Assembly: GCA_035289425.1 (NCBI GenBank)
Contig: DATDXC010000038.1
Location: 732 to 64,731, forward strand
Reading direction: 5' to 3'
DNA length: 64,000 nt
From: Candidatus Nanoarchaeia archaeon
GTDB taxonomy: Archaea; Nanobdellota; Nanobdellia; Woesearchaeales; DATDXC01
In this document: positions 1-9,800 of the stretch, in pieces
Layout of the letters: every line of letters begins with the position of its first letter
Position numbering within the stretch: position 1 is the stretch's first letter
Notes under the pieces: generated by a model
What the model saw: only the letters and a program-made list of their open reading frames with translations
What the model was told of the DNA's origin: nothing
The model's database searches: none
Made by a program: the position numbers and the translations under genes

Positions 1-465
1 AACCTACAGATCATTCACCATCTCATCGAGGAAAGGAACATTCCGGGAGTGTATGTAACCCTGAATAAGCCCTTTAAAAGCATGATTGCTGTATTCAAGA
101 AAGAAAACATAGATGCAGACATGGTCATATTCATAGACGCAGTTACTAAGACAGTTGGCGGAGAGCTGCAGAAGACTGACAAATGTCTGTACATCGGATC
201 TCCAGAGAACTTAAGTGATGTGTCCATAGCCATGGAGCAGGCTGTTATGGCCCTCCCTTCAAAAGAACGCTTTGTCTTCTTTGACAGCCTCTCCACCTTA
301 TTGATGTTCAATGATGTAACCACGGTTGCAAAATTTATCCACTTTCTTGCAGGGAAGATGAGGGTATGGGGTGTCGAGGGTGTCATAGTGTCATTGCGCA
401 AGGAAAAGGATAAGGCGCTGATTGATGAACTGACTCAGTTTTGCGACGCAATACTGGATTTTTGA
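1..465 (+). CDS. KaiC/RecA-superfamily ATPase-fold protein (FlaH-like), 5' end outside window
   Basis: Frame 1 stays open from position 1 to the ATG at 49, so the gene starts upstream of the window. The visible C-terminal half of a RecA/KaiC-like fold has a Walker-B-like hhhhDS (FVFFDS). No Walker A is visible inside the window. Confidence 0.45.
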   Translation, partial: NLQIIHHLIEERNIPGVYVTLNKPFKSMIAVFKKENIDADMVIFIDAVTKTVGGELQKTDKCLYIGSPENLSDVSIAMEQAVMALPSKERFVFFDSLSTLLMFNDVTTVAKFIHFLAGKMRVWGVEGVIVSLRKEKDKALIDELTQFCDAILDF

Positions 466-468
466 GGT

Positions 469-915
469 GTGAACATGAACGGAAAAACATTGACCATTTT
501 ATTATCAGTCGCCTTTGGGGTTGCAGCAATATTCAAGATGGTTCCTGATTTGGAGGTTGCAATTGGCTTTCTCACTATCTCCTTTGGCATTTTGGCTATT
601 ATCTGGACAGCTATGTCAGTGGGCGCTTTGTCTAAAGGCTCATCATTGCGGAAGCATACGGTGTATTTCCTCATCTCTCTGATATCCATCTTGTTGTTCT
701 CGATCTGGCATACCCTCTCGAAGATTCTTGGCTGGCGCCAGACCATAGTGGAAGCATGGATGTATCCTGGCTACCTGTTCCTTGCAGCCTCTTTCATAAT
801 CTTCGTATTTACCGCATACCAGGTGCTTCAGATGGGTCACCAATTTGGTTTTTCTGGCCAGGCACGGAAAATACAGAAAGTAATGGCATCAAAATCCAAA
901 AAGGCCGCCCAGTAG
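469..915 (+). CDS. small polytopic membrane protein, unknown function
   Basis: 148 aa with about four hydrophobic TM-length segments. Starts 4 nt after the upstream stop (operon-like). Converges on and slightly overlaps the platform gene on the other strand. Confidence 0.4.
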   Translation: MNMNGKTLTILLSVAFGVAAIFKMVPDLEVAIGFLTISFGILAIIWTAMSVGALSKGSSLRKHTVYFLISLISILLFSIWHTLSKILGWRQTIVEAWMYPGYLFLAASFIIFVFTAYQVLQMGHQFGFSGQARKIQKVMASKSKKAAQ

Positions 916-1863
916 ATTCTTCATAAGGTACCTTGATGCAAAAAAGATAGCAAGGCTGATTGCAATCAGAACGGGGAGAAATTTCAATCCCTCTCTTTCT
1001 TTGCCCTTTGAAATTGAGCCTAGAATCAGTGACCCCAGAACACATGAAGTTATCAGGAAAATGACTGCAAACCTAATGACGAAGTCGACTGAGATTGCGA
1101 CTTCGGTAAAAGTCAGCGGCAGGCTCGCCTGGGCTGTTTCAGGAATGTCTATGCCTGCAATGTTTTCAGTCAGGACCTCCACCAGGAATGAACTGAGTCC
1201 AAAGAGTGCTGGCGCACCCACTGCAATGGCAACGAAAATAAAGATAACATACATCATGGCATTTGCCTTGATCCGTTCATCGACTAGCATTTCCTGACGC
1301 AGGTTGCGGGCTGTCTGCTCCAATAACGCCGCAAGCTGGCCACCTGCCCTTAAACCAGATACTATGAGGGACATGGTCTTTGCCAGCCGTTCAGACTTGA
1401 TCCGTGTTGACATATTCATTAGGGCAACACCCGTGTCCTTGCCCGTGGTAATCTCCTTTCCCACTTGGTTTATTTCATCCTGAAAAGGCCCGAATTCTGG
1501 CCGGGCTGCCAATAACAGCGCCTTGTCTGTGGTAAATCCTGCCCTCAGGTTGGAAGCCATCAGCTGGAGCACATCAGGCAAAATACTTTCGACAAATTTT
1601 GATTTTGCATCTGATCTGAGCACCAAAATAAAATAGGTGAGAAGCTGCAGCATCAGGAAATAGGAAAGGAAAGCAACAATGAGCTGTATCCTGAACCAAG
1701 CACTGGTGAAAAAGGCAAGCACAGCGGCGAGCAGTAGGCTACATACCAGTATGAACCCCATGAATCGCAAAGGGTTCACTTTTACATGGGAATACCTCAG
1801 CAGATTGACATAATCTTGCTTGACTTTCTGCGGATAGAATCGGGATAAGAAATGGTATAGCAT
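889..1863 (-). CDS. type IV pilus assembly platform membrane protein, TadC/FlaJ/EpdJ-like
   Basis: 324 aa. Cytoplasmic T2SS-F-like helical domain (...LLEQTARNLRQEMLVDERIKANAMMYV...) followed by TM helices. Directly downstream of a paralogue and of the GspE/FlaI ATPase in one minus-strand operon. Confidence 0.65.
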   Translation of the reverse strand: MLYHFLSRFYPQKVKQDYVNLLRYSHVKVNPLRFMGFILVCSLLLAAVLAFFTSAWFRIQLIVAFLSYFLMLQLLTYFILVLRSDAKSKFVESILPDVLQLMASNLRAGFTTDKALLLAARPEFGPFQDEINQVGKEITTGKDTGVALMNMSTRIKSERLAKTMSLIVSGLRAGGQLAALLEQTARNLRQEMLVDERIKANAMMYVIFIFVAIAVGAPALFGLSSFLVEVLTENIAGIDIPETAQASLPLTFTEVAISVDFVIRFAVIFLITSCVLGSLILGSISKGKEREGLKFLPVLIAISLAIFFASRYLMKNLLGGLFGF

Positions 1864-1864
1864 C

Positions 1865-2755
1865 CTAATCTCCCAACAGGTTGGGCCTCCTTGATTTTAT
1901 AATGCCTATGAACATGAGCTGGAAAAAGAACACCATCCCATACAGGCCCCAGAATATCAGTTTAGTTGCCCCAGGCGACAAGGCGAGGAATGAAGAAAGT
2001 ATAATCAGAAATGTCATGCCCAGCGAAGGAGCAATGACGACTGCGAGCATGTAGAACATGGCAAGCGGATTGAGCTGGCTTCCGTACCGCTGAATCTGCA
2101 GCACCTGTTCTTCAGCTAAAAGATTTAGAATCTCTCCAATAACTCCGGTCATGTCAGATCCTGACTTAATGCCGTTGATCAGTTGCCAGACAGCTCTCCT
2201 GAAAAAAACCGAGGGATTGACCGCTGCCACGTCTTCCAAGGTTTCAATCTGCGGTTTTCCCGCATTAATCTCCCGGACTACCTTGGACATCTCAATAGAA
2301 ATCTCGCCATACTCTTCTTTGGAAATGTTGACCAAACTTTCAAACAACGGCACACCTGAGTTCAGTTGAATCAATAGATTCTGAAGCGCCGGCAGAATGT
2401 TTTGCTCTATGCTCTTGATGCGTCTGCTTGCATGTATCTTGGGATAATAGAGCTGCTGCATGAATACAAAGAGAGCAAATACCAAGGGAATAAACAATCC
2501 GATCAGAATGAAATTTTCCACACCCGCAATCAGGAGCAGGATATTCAGCAGGAATGCGAAAAATATGTAGAATAGGACAGTTGCCGTGTAACAGAGGCTT
2601 AGGTATTCCTTCGGCGTAAACTGGAATTTTGCCTGGCGCAGATTCACCTTGAGAAACGGAAACAGGTTTTGGGATCTTTCAGCAGCGCCTAGAAAAAAAG
2701 GAGAGCCCTTCTCCAATACTTGCACGGGAACCAATGAATAGGGCATGCGAAACAT
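1865..2755 (-). CDS. type IV pilus assembly platform membrane protein, TadB/FlaJ/EpdK-like
   Basis: 296 aa paralogue of the adjacent gene (T2SS-F-like domain + TMs). Two ~300-aa platform proteins plus one ATPase is the Tad/Epd arrangement. Confidence 0.6.
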   Translation of the reverse strand: MFRMPYSLVPVQVLEKGSPFFLGAAERSQNLFPFLKVNLRQAKFQFTPKEYLSLCYTATVLFYIFFAFLLNILLLIAGVENFILIGLFIPLVFALFVFMQQLYYPKIHASRRIKSIEQNILPALQNLLIQLNSGVPLFESLVNISKEEYGEISIEMSKVVREINAGKPQIETLEDVAAVNPSVFFRRAVWQLINGIKSGSDMTGVIGEILNLLAEEQVLQIQRYGSQLNPLAMFYMLAVVIAPSLGMTFLIILSSFLALSPGATKLIFWGLYGMVFFFQLMFIGIIKSRRPNLLGD

Positions 2756-2759
2756 TTCA

Positions 2760-4262
2760 TCAACCTATCAGTTTTTTGGGATCTACGTTTTTCGTTACCC
2801 CTTTTACAATGAAGTCATTGTCGAGATAATATTGGGAGAGAATGCTTCCTACCTCATTCAGCTTTCTCAAGTTGTGTTTTACCAGATAGCTCAGAATTGA
2901 TTTTTTTGTTGCAAGATCCTTGTTTATTTCAGCCTGACTTAAACCAGTATGCCTGCTAAGGTCTTCAAATAGCCTGACTGGGGGGGCATGCGGCACCATA
3001 GTGTCATTTGAAGGCTTCCATCGGTATATAATATTCCCTTTACAAGAAACTTTGCCTCCATCTTCAGTAGTGATAAACTCTCCGAGCTGATATACCCGCC
3101 TTATGCCCCTTCTTCGCTCCCGAAACATTACTACGTTTAGATTAACTGCCCCTAAAAGATTTGCAGGAACGTCAATGGGTGGATTAGTGAGCCGCTGAAT
3201 GGTTTCATTTGTGGAATCGGCGTGGATAGTGGCATAGACGCTGTGGCCGGTGTGCATTGCTTCGAAGAGGACCTCTGCTTCTCTTTTTCTCCTGATCTCT
3301 CCTAAGATTATCTTGTCGGGCCTCATTCTCAACGAATTTATGAGCAGATCAAGCATGGTAACTTCTCCCTTGCCTTCTGGATTAGCCTGTCTGGTTGTCA
3401 ATGGACACCAGTATAAAAATTTTGGAAGCTGGAGCTCTCTGGTATCTTCGATGCTTATGATGCGCTGGTTTGGTGGCATGAATGGTGTACACACATTCAA
3501 GAATGATGTCTTTCCTGAACCAGTGCCTCCGCTTATAAGGACATTCATCTCATACTGTATCGCTAACCATATAAGTGCAAATATGTTAATGTCACCGGTC
3601 TTATTATTGATAAAGTCAGTTACCGTCCATGGGTCCCTGGCAAATTTTCTGATGGTAATGGTGTGGCCCTTGTTTGATATGGGATATAAGACTGCATTTG
3701 CCCTGTCTCCGGTAATGAGGTGGGCATCCAGCAATGGGTTAAGGGTCGTTACCTGCCTGCCAACCCTTCGCGCGATCATATTTGCGAAATTTTGAATCCT
3801 ATCTTCTGATTCCATAGTCAGATCGGTGAGGAGCCAGCCATACTTCTTATGATAGACTCGTATAGGTTCTGTCGCTGAGTTTATGATGATCTCTTCGAGC
3901 TCACCATCATTGAGAAGGAATTCCATGGTGCCAAAGCCCAGCATGTCATGCACTAGATGCCCGATGAGGAATTGGGCAGTCGATGGCTTGATGCTCGGTA
4001 CTTTGCTCTTAAAGAGTTCGGCTGCTTTCAGCCTGAATTTTTCCTTGAGACTGTCCATAACTTTAGGATCCAATATCTCCGCAGCACTCACCTTTACTTC
4101 AGTGATGAGGCTGTCCCTGACTGCATTAGTTAATGCTTTGGTAGGTGGAGTTATAGCAGGCACAACTACCTTATACCTCATCTGTTTGTCTTCATCAGCC
4201 TGGATATGCACCTGGGCCTGGACGCCATCAGCTTCTATGTTGTATGTCTCTAGTTCTCGCAT
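2760..4262 (-). CDS. type IV filament assembly ATPase (FlaI/TadA/GspE family, EpdL-like)
   Basis: 500 aa. Walker A GGTGSGKTSFLN, Asp-box RIISIEDTRELQL, Walker B DKIILGEIR, His-box ATIHADS. An N-terminal domain is present. Confidence 0.9.
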   Translation of the reverse strand: MRELETYNIEADGVQAQVHIQADEDKQMRYKVVVPAITPPTKALTNAVRDSLITEVKVSAAEILDPKVMDSLKEKFRLKAAELFKSKVPSIKPSTAQFLIGHLVHDMLGFGTMEFLLNDGELEEIIINSATEPIRVYHKKYGWLLTDLTMESEDRIQNFANMIARRVGRQVTTLNPLLDAHLITGDRANAVLYPISNKGHTITIRKFARDPWTVTDFINNKTGDINIFALIWLAIQYEMNVLISGGTGSGKTSFLNVCTPFMPPNQRIISIEDTRELQLPKFLYWCPLTTRQANPEGKGEVTMLDLLINSLRMRPDKIILGEIRRKREAEVLFEAMHTGHSVYATIHADSTNETIQRLTNPPIDVPANLLGAVNLNVVMFRERRRGIRRVYQLGEFITTEDGGKVSCKGNIIYRWKPSNDTMVPHAPPVRLFEDLSRHTGLSQAEINKDLATKKSILSYLVKHNLRKLNEVGSILSQYYLDNDFIVKGVTKNVDPKKLIG

Positions 4263-5269
4263 TTTCCTATCTCTATTTCCCCGATAATGGGATAATTTAT
4301 TTTGACAAGGTTTTGTTCTTCAAGAATCGATGCCCATTCTTCTATCACTTTCTTATCCACTTCGAAATATTTTGACAAGGCAGAAAGCTTTACATACCCT
4401 TTCTGCTGCACTATTTTACAGAGCACATCTAGTTCGGTCTCGTTACCACTGAGGGGGATCTTCAGCTGCTTTGGCAATTCGTGCAGCGCCACAATCTTTG
4501 GCCTCATAACCTTCTTTGTTTGTTCCTGGGGCATAGGTTTCTGAGTCGTTGACTTTGGTTTTCTTCCCAAACTGGTAAAAGATACAATCATGCCTAAAAT
4601 CGAAACAATGATTGCGATTGCTTGTTTTATGATAACCGAAATTATAAAAACCAGGAGGGATATTATCAACAAAGCAAGCATAACCTGCTTCTTTGTTATA
4701 TGCTTCTTTTCTCTCGTTGTTTCAGATTTTGAGGGTCTGAAGCCAACGAGGGACATCAACGCGACTATACCGAAAAGCACTGCTCCGGTTGTATTTTTAA
4801 TATATAATGAATATCCTAATAGGGCTATAGAGATACAAAGGAGGAAGAGAGAAATTTTCTTTTTTGGTAGTTGTCGTATCTGAGGTTTGTGTGATATAAC
4901 CACTTTTTTATGCTTGAGCCTTCCCAGCAATGTTATAACATACAATAAGGTGCCTGCTCCCATCCCTAACCAGCTCTGGTAAAAAAAGGCAACGCTAAAT
5001 ATGAGTATGGCGGCTAAAGCTATCAAAGCAGTTGGTAACGGGTGGACTTTCTTTTTACGGCGTTTGCTATGGCGGTGGAGCTTGTGCCAAAGGAACAAGC
5101 CATCCAGGATGATTATGCCTAATACCCCATAGATGAGGGTTGTTGTTGATAATGGTATTTCAAAATACCTGATTAGGAATACGGCTGCCGTACCAAGAGC
5201 AAGGACGAGTACCAGCGGGACAATTACTTTTTTCTTGGACTGCGGACTAGTTTTTTTCCCCACCCTCAT
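4250..5269 (-). CDS. polytopic membrane protein with C-terminal winged-helix-like domain (candidate pilus-locus component)
   Basis: Overlaps the start of the ATPase gene by 13 nt (operon). Multiple TM helices separated by K/R-rich loops. C-terminal ~60 aa (ELDVLCKIVQQKGYVKLSALSKYFEVDKKVIEEWASILEEQNLVKINY) look like a wH/HTH fold. Start placed at the internal ATG (MRVGKK...); the upstream in-frame ATG at 5422 is the alternative. Confidence 0.45.
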   Translation of the reverse strand: MRVGKKTSPQSKKKVIVPLVLVLALGTAAVFLIRYFEIPLSTTTLIYGVLGIIILDGLFLWHKLHRHSKRRKKKVHPLPTALIALAAILIFSVAFFYQSWLGMGAGTLLYVITLLGRLKHKKVVISHKPQIRQLPKKKISLFLLCISIALLGYSLYIKNTTGAVLFGIVALMSLVGFRPSKSETTREKKHITKKQVMLALLIISLLVFIISVIIKQAIAIIVSILGMIVSFTSLGRKPKSTTQKPMPQEQTKKVMRPKIVALHELPKQLKIPLSGNETELDVLCKIVQQKGYVKLSALSKYFEVDKKVIEEWASILEEQNLVKINYPIIGEIEIGKCEN

Positions 5270-5603
5270 GCATATACTATGCAGGAGGCATTTTTTAAAG
5301 ATGTGTATTAATCTTTTAATAGTGACTTCTTCAGATGAAAATGGGGGGCCCGTAGAAATCTTCTCGGCTACGCCTTGGTTAGTGTCAGGTTTGGCTTCGA
5401 TGTTTATGGCCATTACCCACATACTGAGAAAATTTCATTTTCTGGTACTTCACTCACTGCGTTCGGAAGTTTCCCTGACGGAGCCTCCCCTTTGTCGGTT
5501 TTACCTCATAATGGAAGAGCCTCACCGATTGACACCAACTTTAGGATTTCTACGGGCCAAAATATGATTAAATTTAAATATGACAGTTTCCCCATTGTAA
5601 AAA
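5270..5603. promoter_or_regulatory. divergent intergenic promoter region of the pilus locus
   Basis: 334-nt non-coding spacer between divergently oriented genes. A TTTAAATA TATA-like box lies ~30 nt upstream of the pilin ATG at 5604. Confidence 0.35.
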
Positions 5604-6014
5604 ATGGAAAAAAGAGGTCAGATTAGTCTTGAGTATATGCTTATTGTGGGGATGGCAACACTCATTGCCGGTTTTCTTCTGGTGATGTCCCATTATTATT
5701 CCCGCCAGGTTGAAGATGTAATCAACACCAACCAACTGGATAGAATAGTGAAGGAAGTGGTGGATACTTCTGAGTCTATGTATTATTTTGGAGAGCCTTC
5801 GAAGACAACGCTTAAAGTGTACATTCCCACTGGGGTAAATTCGGTTACGATAAACAGTCAGCAGCTTACCTTCAATGTCAAGACCCAGAGCGGCGATACT
5901 GATATTTTCTATTCCTCTTCTGTTCCACTGCAAGGAGACTTAGCCATCACACCTGGTTTTCATTTTGTTACCATTGAGGCGAAGGGGGGGTATGTGTGGA
6001 TAAACAGCACCTAA
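5604..6014 (+). CDS. minor pilin-like protein with class III signal peptide (EppA-type, Gln+1)
   Basis: N-terminus MEKRG|QISLEYMLIVGMATLIAGFLLV: K/R-G cleavage site, Q at +1, E at +5, aromatic at +6, then a hydrophobic helix. 136 aa. First gene of the overlapping operon. Confidence 0.7.
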   Translation: MEKRGQISLEYMLIVGMATLIAGFLLVMSHYYSRQVEDVINTNQLDRIVKEVVDTSESMYYFGEPSKTTLKVYIPTGVNSVTINSQQLTFNVKTQSGDTDIFYSSSVPLQGDLAITPGFHFVTIEAKGGYVWINST

Positions 6015-6388
6015 GGGCACAGGGTGCCATGGAATTTATGGTTCTGGCAGGAATACTTCTGCTGCTGTTTGCAATCATCATGGGGATTTTTGGCTCCCAG
6101 GCCTCTGATACCAACAAGCAGAAGATACTGCTGCGGGCAGAGGATGTGGTAGTCAAGATCCAGAAAGAAGTTCATCTGGCAGCGCGGGTCTTAGATGGGT
6201 ATTCCCGGGAGTTTACGCTTCCACAGCGGATAGTCAATAAGGAATATACACTCACTATCCAAGGGGACGAGATTGTGCTTCATGTGATGGATGATGATTT
6301 TTGGCGGACCATCCCTCCAGTAGTCGGCAATTTTACTTTAGGCACTAACACAATCAGGAAAGCAAATGGAATCATTTACCTCAACTAA
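5996..6388 (+). CDS. minor pilin-like protein with class III signal peptide
   Basis: N-terminus ...RA|QGAMEFMVLAGILLLLFAIIMG (Q+1, E+5, F+6). Overlaps the upstream gene by 19 nt. Confidence 0.65.
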   Translation: MDKQHLRAQGAMEFMVLAGILLLLFAIIMGIFGSQASDTNKQKILLRAEDVVVKIQKEVHLAARVLDGYSREFTLPQRIVNKEYTLTIQGDEIVLHVMDDDFWRTIPPVVGNFTLGTNTIRKANGIIYLN

Positions 6389-6869
6389 GGCTCAGGTATG
6401 GAGCATAGACTTTTTTGTAGCGATTGTTATCTTAGTAGGAGCTCTCTTCATATTCTACCAACAGGGTTTGTTTGAACTCAACAGACAACAGCAAGACATC
6501 AATGATTTGGTCTTGGATGCTAAGGTTGTCTCAAACTATTTAGTTTCTGCTGGATATCCAGCCAACTGGACTGAAAGCAATGTCAGCCTCATCGGGCTTA
6601 CTGATGGCAGCCTTGCATTGGACGAAACAAAGATAGATAGCTTCGCTGCGTTGGCGGCTGCCGATTATACCACCAGCAAACATCTGTTGTCGACATCCCA
6701 CAACTTTGAAGTTTTTTTTGAGGACCGAACCAATGCGACTTTGACCATACATGGCGTATCCCGCATTGGCGCAGACTACAGCGCTGCGGATCCTGATAAT
6801 GTCATCAGAATTGTCCGCTTCGTGTCCTATAATTCAGAGATAATAAAAATGGTGCTGTACGTATGGTAA
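6366..6869 (+). CDS. minor pilin-like protein (class III-like N-terminus)
   Basis: N-terminus ...TKA|QVWSIDFFVAIVILVGALFIFY (Q+1, acidic residue at +6). 167 aa. Overlaps neighbours on both sides. Confidence 0.55.
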   Translation: MESFTSTKAQVWSIDFFVAIVILVGALFIFYQQGLFELNRQQQDINDLVLDAKVVSNYLVSAGYPANWTESNVSLIGLTDGSLALDETKIDSFAALAAADYTTSKHLLSTSHNFEVFFEDRTNATLTIHGVSRIGADYSAADPDNVIRIVRFVSYNSEIIKMVLYVW

Positions 6870-9800
6870 GAAAAGGATTCTTCTACAGTTTGGATGCATT
6901 GATCGCAGTTATGCTCATATTGGCAGTCTTGGTATTGATACCCGTGTTTTACATCAACAAGGAAGAGGCCACCAATCCGGTCTATTATTCTTCAGATATA
7001 ATCCAGCTTTTGTCTACCCTGACTCTTGTAGAGATCAACAACAGCGATGTTCAGACACTGCTCAACACCAGCAACATCACCAACTATAACCGGAGCATCA
7101 TTGAGCAGGTGCTCCGTTTTCAGGTGGCGGGTGATGAATATAGGGCACAAAAACTGCTAAACCTCACTATTGAAGGTCTTACTCCTCGTCAGTTCACTAT
7201 CGGGGTATACATTGAAGGATACTCTGATCCGTTGTTTGTATCCTCTAATAACAGCGTGCATCAGCTGATCTCTTCCAAACAGATGATCTCAGGTATAGAG
7301 AAAGACAGGGCTGTGGAAGGGCTCACTTCCCGGGTATTCCTTTCCGGCATAAATGAGATGACCTCATCGGTATACATCTACTTTGGAGGATACATCGGAG
7401 AGGGAAACATAACCAGGATACTGCAGCTTCCATCCGGAATTAATGATGTTACCTCAGGATATTTGGAACTTGATGCAAGCGCTAATTTCACCCTATTCCT
7501 TAATGGAGAATATGCGGGATATTTTGGGGTGAGCGCCACCAACGCATCAAACCTTTCCGCTGACCATTGGGATATGGAGGCATCTTACCTTTTGAACCTG
7601 CATTCGGGTGCCAATACCGTTGAGCTTTTCTTCAATGATACTTCCCATGGTTATATCGGTGGTGGGTATATCAGGTTTACCTATGCATCAACCGAGCTTG
7701 ATCTTTATAATGATGCGGGGGAATCCACTTATTGGTTTCCAGGTATTGAAGGAATAATAAATGTATATGACTCATTTTATGTGCCTGGCACTTTACATGG
7801 GGCTGAGATATTCCTCCATCTCTTATCCAATGCTCCGGTTTTCCTTTCTGTGGGTAATTCTACTATTGTGGAAATCAATGCGTCTGCTTCAAGCCAGCAG
7901 ATACTGCTCAACTCCACCTATATCAGTTCTTTGTTAGATTTTACTTCCTTAGGTATGCGGACTGTTCCGCTTCGTCTCGGGATACGAAACGTCAGTTTCA
8001 CTCTAGGGGGCAAATCAGATGCTGTTCTTACCACAGACCGCACTGGTTCCATGAACGCCTGCGATGTTGAAATCAGCTGCTCAACTCCAGGCATCTGCGA
8101 TTCGACTGCTACGTGCCATGAGCGCAGGGATAAGGTAGCCCAAAGCTCTGATCGAACATTCATCAATGAGATGCTTTCGGTTGAGGGAAATACTGTAGGA
8201 CTGATTGGTTATGGCATGCGGTCAAACCCTGTCTGTTCCTTTACGTACCTCACTGATGAAAATAACACCTTACAGCAGCACATTGATGATTATTATGGAG
8301 AATGGTGCGGTTACACATGTATATCGTGCGGCATTGTGTCTGCAGCTGAGCTCTTAGTAGAGAACAAGATGCTGCACGGCAGCAACCAAAAGACTGCTGA
8401 GGATCAGACTGAATATCATGTCGGGGACAGCGGTCCTGTATCAGTAACAGAAAATTTGGACCTCACTGTAAATCATTCTGCTTTTGTAAAAGCTCAGCTC
8501 AATGTGTTTGCACGCAGCATTGATACAGAAAACAACTACAAGGATTGTGTATTTTTCAATGACCATTACCTTGGCAGACTGTGCGAATCTAATGATGATG
8601 GCAGCACCGGATGGCACACTTGCAGTTATCCTATTTTGGAGGAGTGGCTTCCGTCCTCAGGCGCAGTTTCCGGATTATGGAGCATCTCTTCCCAGGCAGA
8701 GTTCCAACAATGCAGTCTTTCTGATATAGATGTAAATAGTGTACCAGGAAGCGCTCAGCTCAACCTTGAGGGTGCCTGGATGGACAGTGATTATACAAAA
8801 CGGCGGAAATTAACTTTTGATAATAGTGCGCAGAGTGAAATCCTTGAAGGCTTCCCGGTTATTATTTCATTGGATAACAGCAGGGTTGATTATAGCCAAA
8901 CTCAGAATCAAGGACAGGACCTTCGCTTCACAAATAGTGCCGGCATGCTGTTGCCTTACGAAATTGAGAAATGGAATGAATCAGGCATATCTTCAGTATG
9001 GGTCAAGGTTCCTTCTATTGCCGGATCTTCCAATGCAGACTACGTATGGATGTATTATGGAAATCCTGCTGCAGCAGATAATCAAAGCAGTTCTGTCTGG
9101 GGCGACTATGCCGCAGTATGGCATATGGCATCAAATCAGGATTCTTCTCCTAATAATAATGACCTGAGCTGTACGAACTGTCCTGCAGCGACTGGCAGCT
9201 CATATTGGTATGATGGCAGCAATGACCGTCACTTGGTCGCAAATTCAAACCTGATAAATACAGGTGGTCCCTGGGACAATAAAACCATTGAGATATTATT
9301 CAAGGCAGATACCATAGGCTCAGGCGCCAGTAAGGATATACTCTATGAGCAAGGAAGCAGCACCAAGGGATTAAACCTATATGTAACTGGCACTTCCCTT
9401 TACGTAGGTGGGTGGAATAGGGATTCTAGCCAGAGCAATTGGGATGGGACTTGGTTGAGTGCTGGCATCAATACCGGAACCTGGTATTATGCTGTATTGG
9501 GGCTACAGGATGGGGATAATTCCGCATGCGCTGACTGCCTCAAAGGGTTCCTGAATGGACAGGAATTCTCATCTGGTGACGGAAGGAGATTATACAGCAA
9601 CACCGGAAATATTCAGATAGGTTTTGGAGACACGCGTATGCATTCTGGGACTAGTGGAGAGGACGATTATGATGGTTTTATTGATGAACTTCGTCTGACC
9701 AATAAAGCATTGTCTGCTGATTGGATCAAAGCCCAATACCTTTCATTAACTGATTCTTTTATCTCCTATGGTGATGAAGAAGTTGAGGCAGGCATATCAC

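Noticed and set aside
15-401. 128-aa ORF on the minus strand opposite the KaiC-like gene
   Set aside because: Entirely antisense to a gene with clear RecA/KaiC-like conservation. No start context and no motifs. Treated as a shadow ORF.
3250-4287. Plus-strand ORFs (181 aa and 134 aa) inside the FlaI/TadA ATPase gene
   Set aside because: Antisense to a highly conserved ATPase. Compositionally biased (Ser/Leu/Met-rich) translations typical of shadow frames.
1-5422. Interpretation of the KaiC-like + FlaI + FlaJ-like genes as an archaellum (flagellum) operon
   Set aside because: Five of the six downstream filament subunits have Gln at +1 and an acidic residue at +5/+6, matching the EppA-type pilin pattern rather than archaellins. 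The platform is split into two TadB/C-like proteins. No FlaF, FlaG, FlaCDE or FlaX homologues are evident. A pilus assignment is preferred, and the KaiC-like role is left open.
7918-9167. Small ORFs (82, 75, 116 aa) inside or antisense to the giant adhesin gene
   Set aside because: They lie within a continuous 4.86-kb reading frame with strong domain signals. No independent ribosome-binding site. Judged spurious.
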